In this document: piece after piece, positions 42,099-50,341 of the stretch | Layout: the number at the start of each line of letters is the position of its first letter | How positions within the stretch are numbered: position 1 is the stretch's first letter | Source: a bacterium HR20 | GTDB taxonomy: Bacteria > Bacteroidota > Ignavibacteria > Kapaibacteriales > NICIL-2 | Reading direction: 5' to 3' | Length of the DNA: 50,341 nt | Assembly: GCA_002898675.1 (NCBI GenBank) | Contig: BEHW01000001.1 | Coordinates: 1 to 50,341 of the forward strand | Position numbers and translations under genes: made by a program | The notes under the pieces: model-generated | What the model saw: the letters and a program-made list of their open reading frames with translations, nothing else | The model's database searches: none | What the model was told of the DNA's origin: nothing

Positions 42099-44120
42099 AT
42101 GGCATTGGACCAAACCTCCCTGCATCAGCGAACGAGCGCTGCCGGTGCACTCGTCGCGTTGGGTATCGTCTTTGGCGACATCGGTACCTCACCGCTCTAT
42201 ACGATCAGCGCGATTGCTGGCAATCGTCCTGTTGACGAGTTGTTGGCATATGGCGCGCTCTCTGCAGTCTTTTGGACGCTGACGTTTCTGACGACGCTCA
42301 AGTACGTCGTCATCACGCTCCGAGCAGATAACCGCGGGGAGGGAGGTATCCTTGCGCTCTACGCTCTGGTACGCCGACGGGCGCGGTGGCTGGTGTTTCC
42401 GGCAATTATCGGTGCAGCCTCGCTCTTCGCCGATGGGCTGATAACACCGGCGATTTCGGTCTCCTCAGCAATCGAGGGGCTGCAGATTCTCTCACCGGAG
42501 ATTCCAACAGTACCGCTGGTGATCGGGATACTCGTTGCATTGTTCTCCGTTCAGCAGTTCGGGACGGAAAAAGTCGGCCGTGCATTCGGTCCGATCATGC
42601 TGGCGTGGTTTCTCTTCATCGGTGTCATCGGCGGACTCCAAACGCTCCACCACCCGGAGATCCTTGCAGCGCTCGATCCGCGCTATGCAATCTGGCTCAT
42701 TACCGAGCATCCCGAAGGCTTCTGGATTCTCGGTGGCGTGTTTCTCTGCACAACGGGTGCAGAAGCACTCTACAGCGACTTGGGTCACTGCGGACGCGGT
42801 AACATTCGGCTCAGTTGGGCGCTCGTCAAGCTCTGCGTTCTGCTCTCCTATGCGGGCCAGTGCGCCTGGATGCTCGAACACATCGGGGCGCCGCTCCCAG
42901 CCCGACCGTTCTACGCGATCGTACCAGCGCCGATTCTCCCGCTGGCAATCGCGATTGCAACAGTTGCAACGATCATCGCAAGTCAAGCGCTCATCAGCGG
43001 CTCGTACACCCTCGTCAACGAAGCGATGCAACTGGGTTTGTGGTTTCGGACGAAAGTCAAGTACCCGACGCTCATTCGCGGTCAGCTCTACATCCCGCGC
43101 ATCAATTGGGCGCTCATGGTCGGCTGCGTTGCTGTCGTGCTCTACTTCCGCAATTCGACGCACATGGAAGCTGCCTACGGGCTGGCTATCACACTGACGA
43201 TGATCATGACGAGCGTCCTCGTTGCTCAATACCTCCGGCAGCAAGGCGTTGCATTGCCGCTGGTGGGAGCTATCGTCCTACTCTTTGCTGCAATCGAACT
43301 ATCGTTCCTGGTCTCGAACCTTGCCAAGCTCCTCGAAGGCGGATGGTTCACAATGGCGGTCGGCAGCAGCGTAGCCGCAGTGATGTACATCGTCTTCCGC
43401 TCGAAGGAAATTCGCTCGCAACTGACCGAGATGGTCCCGCTCGATGTGTTCGTTCCCGTCCTCGAACAGCTCAGTCGCGACGAGAGCATCCCGAAGTTTG
43501 CGACGCACCTGGTGTACCTGACTGCATCGAGCGATCCGCGCCAAGTTGAGCAAATCGCCATTGATTCGATTATCCGCCGCAGTCCAAAGCGTGCGAACAT
43601 CTACTGGTTTGTCAACGTGTACACAGTGGACGAGCCGTACCGAATGACCTACAACGTCGAAATTCTCGATCGTTTGCGGCGATCGGGGCCATCGGACGTT
43701 GACGTCGTCTTTGTGCGCTTCAATCTCGGCTTCCGAATCGAGCCACGCTTGAACATCATGTTCCGTCACGTTGTCGAAGAGATGGTTCGCCGCAAGGAGA
43801 TTGACATCGCCAGCCGGTATCGGTCCTTGGAGCGGCTCAATCAGACAGGGGACTTCCGGTTTGTGATTTTCCAGCGCTTCCTTTCCTACGACAACGAACT
43901 TCCACCCCACGAACGCTTGGTGCTCAATGCGTACTACTTCCTCTCGCACCGCTTAGCTGCAAGCGCTGAGGAATACTACGGGCTCGATACGAGCAACGTT
44001 GTCGTCGAAAAAGTCCCACTGGTGGTCATGCCCCCGCGCCGATTACCGCTTGTTCGGGAAGAGGGGCCGCTGGCCAGCAGCGAGTACCCGCTGGAATCAA
44101 CGACAGCATCGAACCGATGA
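42099..44120 (+). CDS. kup: KUP/HAK/KT-family potassium transporter
   Basis: ATG 42099. LGIVFGDIGTSPLYT, GEGGILAL and GAEALYSDLGHCG are Kup signatures. 12 TM helices plus a cytoplasmic C-domain. 673 aa. Confidence 0.93.
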   Translation: MALDQTSLHQRTSAAGALVALGIVFGDIGTSPLYTISAIAGNRPVDELLAYGALSAVFWTLTFLTTLKYVVITLRADNRGEGGILALYALVRRRARWLVFPAIIGAASLFADGLITPAISVSSAIEGLQILSPEIPTVPLVIGILVALFSVQQFGTEKVGRAFGPIMLAWFLFIGVIGGLQTLHHPEILAALDPRYAIWLITEHPEGFWILGGVFLCTTGAEALYSDLGHCGRGNIRLSWALVKLCVLLSYAGQCAWMLEHIGAPLPARPFYAIVPAPILPLAIAIATVATIIASQALISGSYTLVNEAMQLGLWFRTKVKYPTLIRGQLYIPRINWALMVGCVAVVLYFRNSTHMEAAYGLAITLTMIMTSVLVAQYLRQQGVALPLVGAIVLLFAAIELSFLVSNLAKLLEGGWFTMAVGSSVAAVMYIVFRSKEIRSQLTEMVPLDVFVPVLEQLSRDESIPKFATHLVYLTASSDPRQVEQIAIDSIIRRSPKRANIYWFVNVYTVDEPYRMTYNVEILDRLRRSGPSDVDVVFVRFNLGFRIEPRLNIMFRHVVEEMVRRKEIDIASRYRSLERLNQTGDFRFVIFQRFLSYDNELPPHERLVLNAYYFLSHRLAASAEEYYGLDTSNVVVEKVPLVVMPPRRLPLVREEGPLASSEYPLESTTASNR

Positions 44121-44947
44121 GCGCTCCCATCCGCATCGGCGTGTTCGATTCTGGTGTTGGCGGCTTGAGTGTGCTGCGGCACTTGATCACGGAACTGCCG
44201 CACGTGCAGTACATCTACGTCGGCGACACCGCCCGTGTCCCGTACGGCAACAAGTCGGTCGCCACCATTGCGCACTACGCCGCGCAGAGCGCGACGTTCC
44301 TCCGATCGAAAGGGGTGGATATGATCGTCGTCGCGTGCAATACCGTTTCTGCAGCAGCGCTCGACATTGTCGAAGCGATTGCTCAAGTCCCTGTTGTCGG
44401 GATGATCCAACCTGCCGCACGCGCCGCACTCGAACGCTCCCCCTCGAAGCGCATCGGCGTCATTGGTACCCGCGCAACGATCGAAAGCGATGCCTACGCG
44501 CTGGCACTCTATGCCCACGGCGGCACAGAGAACGTAACGGTCGTCCAGCATGCGTGCCCGCTGCTGGTTGCACTTGCAGAAGAAGGCTGGCTGGCACATC
44601 CGGCGACGCTGGCTATCATCGAGGAATATCTCCGCCCCTTGCTCGACCAAGCCGTGGATACAATCATCCTGGGATGTACGCACTTCCCCTTGCTTGCCGA
44701 AGCAATCGAGCAGGTTGCACCGGTTGCGTTGATTGACCCTGGCTATTGGGCAACACGCCATGTCAAACGCCTGCTCGGGGAGCAGTCGCTCCCGCAGCAA
44801 CGCTCGCCCCGGACTGCACGAGTCGAGTACTACGTGACGGATGTGCCAACCAACTTCGCGGCTGTTGCCCGGCAATTCCTCGGCTTCGAGATTGGCCAGC
44901 CGCACCGCCTCTCGCTCGAAGAGATCGTCCCCATCTCCGCAGAGTAA
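44117..44947 (+). CDS. murI: Glutamate racemase
   Basis: ATG 44117 in an ATGA overlap with the kup stop. IGVFDSGVGGLSVL, VVACNTVSA and ILGCTHFPLL (the two catalytic Cys motifs). Confidence 0.93.
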   Translation: MSAPIRIGVFDSGVGGLSVLRHLITELPHVQYIYVGDTARVPYGNKSVATIAHYAAQSATFLRSKGVDMIVVACNTVSAAALDIVEAIAQVPVVGMIQPAARAALERSPSKRIGVIGTRATIESDAYALALYAHGGTENVTVVQHACPLLVALAEEGWLAHPATLAIIEEYLRPLLDQAVDTIILGCTHFPLLAEAIEQVAPVALIDPGYWATRHVKRLLGEQSLPQQRSPRTARVEYYVTDVPTNFAAVARQFLGFEIGQPHRLSLEEIVPISAE

Positions 44948-44951
44948 GCAG

Positions 44952-45716
44952 ATGCAGATTCACCAATTCGAATCCGGCTTGCATGGACGCGTTGCACTCA
45001 TCACTGGCGCAGCCGTCGGCAACGGCAGTGCATTCTGCGAACGCCTGGCAGAAGAAGGCGCGTCCATTGCAATCGTGGACATCGCCGACGCCAGCGCAAC
45101 TGTTGCTGCTGTGCGCCAGATTACCGACCGCGTCTGTGCCTACCGCGGCGATTTGACAGTGCCCGACGTCGTGCGCCAGATCGTCGAGCAAGTCGTAGCA
45201 GAGTTCGGACGCATTGATGTGCTCGTCCACAACGTCGGTCTCTACGAAGAAGAGCCGTTCGAGCTGCTGACGTTCGAGCAGTGGAAGCGCATGCTCACGG
45301 TGTGTCTGGACTCGCTTTTTCTGGTCACGCACGCAGTGGTGCCGATCATGAAGCGGAACACGTTCGGAAGAATCATCGCACTCAGCTCCGACACCGTGTG
45401 GCTGGGAACGCCGTATCTGGTGCACTACGTGACTGCCAAAAGCGCAATCATCGGTTTTGTGCGATCGCTGGCAGCAGAAGTCGGGCAGTACGGAATCACC
45501 GTCAACGCTGTCACCGTCGGACTGACTGCAACGCAAGACCCAACCGACCGGCCGATGAACCGCGCCCTGCTCAAGGACATTCTGCCGCAGCAGTGCATCC
45601 ATCGCGCCGATGAGCCGCACGATATTGCAAACGTCGTCGCGTTCCTTGCCATGCCGGCGGCAAGTATCATCACCGGCCAAGCAATCAACGTTGATGGCGG
45701 TGTCGCGCGGCATTAG
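44952..45716 (+). CDS. Short-chain dehydrogenase/reductase (FabG-like)
   Basis: ATG 44952 inside ORF 44841..45716. ALITGAAVGNG (TGxxxGxG), NVG, S...YVTAKSA (YxxxK) and ITGQAINVDGG. Confidence 0.88.
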   Translation: MQIHQFESGLHGRVALITGAAVGNGSAFCERLAEEGASIAIVDIADASATVAAVRQITDRVCAYRGDLTVPDVVRQIVEQVVAEFGRIDVLVHNVGLYEEEPFELLTFEQWKRMLTVCLDSLFLVTHAVVPIMKRNTFGRIIALSSDTVWLGTPYLVHYVTAKSAIIGFVRSLAAEVGQYGITVNAVTVGLTATQDPTDRPMNRALLKDILPQQCIHRADEPHDIANVVAFLAMPAASIITGQAINVDGGVARH

Positions 45717-45771
45717 CAGCATGCCCCCGGAAGCTGTTCCGTAGTTTTGCAGCCGACGACTGCCTTGTTCC

Positions 45772-45981
45772 ATGCGTACGCTGCTTGTCATCATCATCCG
45801 AGCCTACCAGCGCTGGATTTCACCGTTGCTCGGTGCACAGTGCCGATTCTATCCAACCTGTTCACAGTACGCTATCGAGGCGATCGAGCGGTACGGCGCA
45901 GTCAAAGGCGCTCTGCTTGCAGTGCGGCGCATCGCTCGGTGCCACCCATGGCACCCCGGCGGTTTTGACCCAGTTCCATAA
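45772..45981 (+). CDS. yidD: Membrane protein insertion efficiency factor YidD
   Basis: ATG 45772. [56 protein letters not shown] is the YidD signature. 69 aa. Confidence 0.9.
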   Translation: MRTLLVIIIRAYQRWISPLLGAQCRFYPTCSQYAIEAIERYGAVKGALLAVRRIARCHPWHPGGFDPVP

Positions 45982-46001
45982 CGACCTACACCCTACGCTG
46001 C

Positions 46002-47840
46002 ATGGACCGGAATACACTCATCGGGATGCTGCTGATTTCGATTATCATCGGCGTGTGGATGCTTTACACTGCCATCGAGCAACGCCCACCCGCAGAGCAT
46101 CCGCAGCACACAGCTCAACAATCCAAATCAAACGCCACCGTACAGGCAGATTCGGTGCGACCGGCACAACCAACCGCGGGGATTTCGCCAGCACAACCTG
46201 CGGTGCCAGAGCAACGCATCCGCGTTGTGACGGAGAATTACCGCGCGACGATTAGCTCGCTGGGCATGACGATCTCCCGCTGGGAACTGCAGCACTACAA
46301 GGCATGGTACGGCGAGCCCGTGCAGCTTGTCTATCCCGGCGCTCGCGAGCTTGGGATGACGTTCACAACCCGTAGTGGCGAAAAGCTTACGCCACGCCAG
46401 CAGCACTTCGAATTGTTGAATGCCCCTGCCAGCGGAACCATTGAGCTTCGGGGCGATTCCAGCTATACGCTCCGCGGTCGTCTCCGCATCGGCGGAGCAA
46501 CGATTGAACGGACGATAACCTTCCACGGCAAGACCTACCTGCTCGACACTCGCATTATCGTCGAGGATGCTGATTCTCTGCTTCCGCTGACTCGCCGATG
46601 GTATGACGTTGGGTGGAACTCCGGCCTCAAGTACCAGGAAGCAAGCAGCGTCGAGGAGTCCAACCACTCGACTGCATTTGCAAGCTTGAATGGATCGCTC
46701 GACGAATTGGATGTCAGCGACTACAACAAACCCGCCTCCGTTCACCAATCTGGGACGGTCGACTACATCGGGACAAAGACCAAGTACTTCATGGTTGCCA
46801 TCCTCAATGGCCGCCCCGATCGGCAAGGCGAGTACTTTCTCGAGGGCGTCATGTACGGAGCGCCAAACAACGGTCGCATCAAGGTGTATTCGGCAACGTA
46901 CCGTGTGCCCTATCGTGGCGGTCGGCAGAGCGATTCCTTCGCTGTGTACCTGGGACCGCTCGATTACGACATTGTCAAGCAGTACGGCCTACAAGCGACG
47001 GTCAACTTCGGTTGGCGCTGGATTGTCCGCCCAATCGGGGAATTCTTCATGCTGCCGATTTTCAAAGCAATCCACGCGCTCATCCCGAACTATGGCATTG
47101 CGATCATCGTGTTTTCGGTGCTGATGAAGCTTCTGCTGCTGCCGCTGTCGCGAGGGCAGATGCAGGCAGCACTGAAGATGCAAGCGCTCCAACCCGAAAT
47201 CGCAAAGTTGCGCAAGAAATACGCCGATGACCCCATGGCGCTCCAACGCGCACAGATGCAGCTGTTCACCGAGTACGGCGTCAATCCAATGGGCGGGTGC
47301 TTGCCGCTGCTGCTCCAGCTGCCGATTCTCTATGCGCTCTACGCCGTGCTGGCAACGAACATCGCTATGCGGCAGGCAGTGTTCATTCCTGGGTGGATTG
47401 ACGATCTCTCTGTCCCAGACCACGTCATTCACCTGCCGGTGAGCATCTTCGGAATCGAAGCGCTTTCCGGAATGGCACTCATCATGGGCGCAACGCTCTT
47501 CATTCAGCAGAAAATGACCATCACCGACCCGAACCAGAAAGCTCTGGTGTACGTGATGCCGATCATGCTGACATTGATGTTCTCCTACTTGCCGTCTGGG
47601 TTGAACCTCTACTACCTGGTGTTCAATGTGCTGGGGATTCTCCAGCAGGTGTGGATGACCAAGTTCTCGAAACGGACGCTCACGCTTGCCGATCTGAAGC
47701 GCATGCCGAAAAAAGAAGGCTGGCTCCAAAAACGACTCCGCATCGCCCAAGAGCTTGCTGAATCGCAAGGGCGGACGCTCCCGATGAATCTTCCCACCAC
47801 GCCGAAAACACCACCGAAGCGACCGAAGAAGCGCCGGTAA
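46002..47840 (+). CDS. yidC: Membrane protein insertase YidC (long, FCB-type periplasmic domain)
   Basis: ATG 46002. N-terminal TM helix, a large periplasmic domain, then GIAIIVFSVLMKLLLLPLS...QPEIAKLRKKY...GVNPMGGCLPLLLQLPILYALY and a basic C-tail. Confidence 0.93.
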   Translation: MDRNTLIGMLLISIIIGVWMLYTAIEQRPPAEHPQHTAQQSKSNATVQADSVRPAQPTAGISPAQPAVPEQRIRVVTENYRATISSLGMTISRWELQHYKAWYGEPVQLVYPGARELGMTFTTRSGEKLTPRQQHFELLNAPASGTIELRGDSSYTLRGRLRIGGATIERTITFHGKTYLLDTRIIVEDADSLLPLTRRWYDVGWNSGLKYQEASSVEESNHSTAFASLNGSLDELDVSDYNKPASVHQSGTVDYIGTKTKYFMVAILNGRPDRQGEYFLEGVMYGAPNNGRIKVYSATYRVPYRGGRQSDSFAVYLGPLDYDIVKQYGLQATVNFGWRWIVRPIGEFFMLPIFKAIHALIPNYGIAIIVFSVLMKLLLLPLSRGQMQAALKMQALQPEIAKLRKKYADDPMALQRAQMQLFTEYGVNPMGGCLPLLLQLPILYALYAVLATNIAMRQAVFIPGWIDDLSVPDHVIHLPVSIFGIEALSGMALIMGATLFIQQKMTITDPNQKALVYVMPIMLTLMFSYLPSGLNLYYLVFNVLGILQQVWMTKFSKRTLTLADLKRMPKKEGWLQKRLRIAQELAESQGRTLPMNLPTTPKTPPKRPKKRR

Positions 47841-47883
47841 ATTCTGCATACAGGGAACGCATCTACAAGCTACCTGGCACGGA

Positions 47884-50286
47884 TCACAGCTCAACTTCGA
47901 CTGCCGTCAGCCAGAGCCGCTCGGCAGCAGGGAAGAATTCTGCGCCGTTCCCGCTCCAGGCAAAGAGGCTGTTGAACATGTTGTTGACCTGCAACCGTAG
48001 GCGCAGTGCCCGCAGTCCCACAACATCGCGCAGCGTATAAGCGACCGAAGCGTTGGCGACGACGTATGGCTCGACGCGGTTGTCACGATACCGCACCACA
48101 CCCGGCACGTGCTGGAGATATTCGCTCAGCCGCGGACCGAAGTTGTCGGTGTAATGCGCGCCAACGTAGCGCCCGCTCCAGCGGAATTCGAGGCCGTTCC
48201 ATTGCGCCTGCACTGCAAGGTTGGCAAGAAACTCCGGGAATCCCGCAACCGGATTACCCGACAGATCGAGCGCTGCTCCACTGGCAGTCTGGAACATGTA
48301 CTCCAGGAAACGGTTGCGGCTCATCGTTGCATTCCCGCTGATTCGCAGCTGGCCATCGTCCCACCGCAGGGCAACCCAACTGGCTGAAAGCTCGATCCCA
48401 ACATGGCGCGCACGCGGCGCATTCCCCTCGATCGGAGCGCCAAAAATATCGCGCTGGCCATTGCGCACAAGCTCGTCGAAAAATTCCATCCAGTAGAGCG
48501 TAACAGCGGCTGTGAGATGCTCAGTGCGCCAGTTCCATCCGGCTTCGATGTCGAGCAAGCGTTCGGGTTTGACCAGTGGCTGAGAAAAGTCGTAGCGAAC
48601 AACACCAGCACTGGTGTCTGTCCGAAATAGTGGAGCGTACCCGACGTAAGACTCTGACGCACGGTAAAGGCTATTCCTCCGAGGCTCGCGTGAGGTCAAC
48701 GCTACTGTTGCATACGTGCTGTGTTCGTTGGATATGCTCCACTGCACGCCAATCCGGGGGTTGAAGAACGTGTACCACACGTCGAAAATCATCCCGCTAC
48801 CGCGGACTGTATCGCCGGCGGTCGTCAGGTAGCTGGTGTAGATGGTCCCTGCTTTTTCGTTCCGCAGTCCATACCGTGTGCGGACAAGTTGCGCCTCGAG
48901 ATTGATGAGCAGCTTCTCGGAGGCAGTGTACTGCTCCCGTGCGAAGACCGAGTAGATGTCACGGACGCCTTCGTACGAGTAGAACTTGTAGTCGGGATCG
49001 AAATCAGGTGGCAGATTTTCCGCGTAGCGAATTTTCCCCCAGTGTTCGGAGCGATGCCAGCGCATCTCCGCACCGAGGAGAAGCTCGCCGCCCTCGTGCT
49101 GCCAGACCAGACGCGGAATCCAGCCCCCATGCCGATTGCCGACGAACGCACGGATAATCGCATTGGTCGGGTTCGGGGCCGAGTCGCGAGGGGCAAACGG
49201 CCGCACAAGCCGAAGCGTGGCTGCATCTGCCCACGAGCCGTCGAAATCGAAAAATCCATCGCCTGTGTAGTAGAACAGCGAGCTTTTGAGCGTCAAGCTC
49301 TCACTGAGCCGAATGTCGCTGAGCAGCTCGTAGTGGGGTTGCGAGAAGTTTTCCAGCTCCTGCGGGCGACGCACCGTGGCATAGGCAAGCGAGTCGCCCG
49401 AGCGCGCGAACGACCAATCGCTGTAGTTGCGTCGCCGTAGTTCCGGGTCGCTGATGTAACGTTTCGGCAGCCCAGTATAGCTCAAGCCGTCGGCCAGCGG
49501 CGCACCGAAAACGTTGAGCTGGTGCGACGCGTTGTCGTCGTAGCGGACAACGCTGACAAAGTAGCTCGGCAAATCGCTCCAGGTCAGGTCGCGGTAGCCG
49601 CGCGATCGAATCCGCGAAAGCCGCGCATAGACACCGTACTGCTCGCCGATGAGACCGCTGGAGAATTCCACGCTATAGCGTTCCACATCGTTGGCAGGAG
49701 CGGTGGCATCCGGCGGGATTGGGCTTCGTCCGCCCGCGCGGTATTCCTGCATCCCAACCAGCACACTCGATCGAATGAAGCGCTCGCGCGCGGGGTTGAC
49801 CGTCAGCAAATTGATCGAGCCGCCAATCGCCGGCGAACCATAGTTGGCCAGCCCTGCGCCACGTTGCACCTGAATGCCATCGAGACTCGATGCCAAATCA
49901 GGCATGTCAATCCAGTACACGTTGTGGTCTTCGGGGTCGTTCTGCGGAATTCCGTTGACAAGAACGGCAATCCGCCGCTGGTCGAAACCGCGCACGTTCA
50001 GGTACGAATACCCGATGGCATTCCCACTTTCGCTGTAGAACATCGTCGAGGGCAGCTCGGCGAGAATGCTCGGCAAGTCGAACGTGGTGTGCTGCTGCAC
50101 AATTTCCGCACGCGTAAGTTCACTCCAGGTCACCGGCGAACGACCTTCGATTGCGCGCGTCGTCGTCACCGTCACCGCAGGAGCTTGGTACGTACGGTGG
50201 AGTGTGTCGGAAGAAGTGCGCTGCTGAGAGTAGAGCGGCACTACAAGCGTAGAAGCAGCGAGAGCAAGGATCATTGAGCGGGACAT
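47884..50286 (-). CDS. TonB-dependent receptor
   Basis: ATG 50286..50284. Signal peptide MSRSMILALAASTLVVPLYSQ. Plug motifs (LNVRGFDQRRIAVLVNGIPQND, IQVQRGAGLANYGSPAIGGSINLLT). 800-aa barrel. Confidence 0.9.
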   Translation of the reverse strand: MSRSMILALAASTLVVPLYSQQRTSSDTLHRTYQAPAVTVTTTRAIEGRSPVTWSELTRAEIVQQHTTFDLPSILAELPSTMFYSESGNAIGYSYLNVRGFDQRRIAVLVNGIPQNDPEDHNVYWIDMPDLASSLDGIQVQRGAGLANYGSPAIGGSINLLTVNPARERFIRSSVLVGMQEYRAGGRSPIPPDATAPANDVERYSVEFSSGLIGEQYGVYARLSRIRSRGYRDLTWSDLPSYFVSVVRYDDNASHQLNVFGAPLADGLSYTGLPKRYISDPELRRRNYSDWSFARSGDSLAYATVRRPQELENFSQPHYELLSDIRLSESLTLKSSLFYYTGDGFFDFDGSWADAATLRLVRPFAPRDSAPNPTNAIIRAFVGNRHGGWIPRLVWQHEGGELLLGAEMRWHRSEHWGKIRYAENLPPDFDPDYKFYSYEGVRDIYSVFAREQYTASEKLLINLEAQLVRTRYGLRNEKAGTIYTSYLTTAGDTVRGSGMIFDVWYTFFNPRIGVQWSISNEHSTYATVALTSREPRRNSLYRASESYVGYAPLFRTDTSAGVVRYDFSQPLVKPERLLDIEAGWNWRTEHLTAAVTLYWMEFFDELVRNGQRDIFGAPIEGNAPRARHVGIELSASWVALRWDDGQLRISGNATMSRNRFLEYMFQTASGAALDLSGNPVAGFPEFLANLAVQAQWNGLEFRWSGRYVGAHYTDNFGPRLSEYLQHVPGVVRYRDNRVEPYVVANASVAYTLRDVVGLRALRLRLQVNNMFNSLFAWSGNGAEFFPAAERLWLTAVEVEL

Positions 50287-50341
50287 AGAGCATCACGAAG
50301 CAGTTGTGGAACAAATCGCGATGCTCCGCCTCGAGGTAGGA

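Noticed and set aside
1-50341. CRISPR arrays, IS elements/transposases, rRNA genes, prophage genes, long DNA-level direct repeats
   Set aside because: None was seen when reading the ORF translations and intergenic regions. The only repeats noticed are protein-level domain repeats in the giant T9SS gene. A computational repeat search (for example a self dot-plot) would be needed to exclude short dispersed repeats.

Overview
High-GC (about 60% by eye), very gene-dense chromosomal segment with about 45 CDS and one tRNA. Many genes are linked by 4-nt ATGA overlaps. The gene content suggests an FCB-superphylum-type bacterium (Bacteroidota/Chlorobiota/Rhodothermota-like): three proteins carry T9SS C-terminal sorting domains, there are two TonB-dependent receptors, and YidC is the long form. 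I cannot name the organism.

Most genes are housekeeping: nuoAB, murG, kynU, aconitase, nadK, pheS, rarA, kup, murI, yidD-yidC, a GH57 branching enzyme and an M16 peptidase. I saw no rRNA, CRISPR array, transposase, integrase or phage genes.

All calls come from reading motifs in the translations and checking start and stop codons in the nucleotide sequence. No database search was possible. The leading 'M' in the supplied ORF track is often a GTG or TTG codon (verified at 4870, 12801, 19109, 22771 and 33005), so several starts were moved to internal ATG or GTG codons. One real gene, the truncated aminotransferase at 1..853 (minus strand), is missing from the track.

Spots worth a second look:
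1. A lower-GC methyltransferase plus PD-(D/E)XK nuclease cassette sits directly after nuoB, where nuoC would be expected.
2. A DUF1800/DUF1501 pair in which the DUF1501 protein has both a twin-arginine signal and a T9SS sorting domain.
3. A seven-gene minus-strand cluster (lipoprotein, outer-membrane channel, Crp/Fnr, DUF59, hemerythrin-DUF2249, CopD-like, His-rich polytopic membrane protein) that looks like a redox/NO-stress module.
4. An orphan transhydrogenase alpha-2 subunit translationally coupled to DUF1844 and nadK.
5. A 535-aa unknown protein with a DUF2325-like C-terminus that overlaps tRNA-Asn.
6. A 305-bp intergenic region with a sigma-54-type -24/-12 match and a perfect 16-bp palindrome upstream of a 1377-aa BNR/Ig-repeat T9SS protein. 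An orphan NtrC-type activator lies 5.5 kb away.

None of these is proven novel. They are hypotheses, each with an explicit test.
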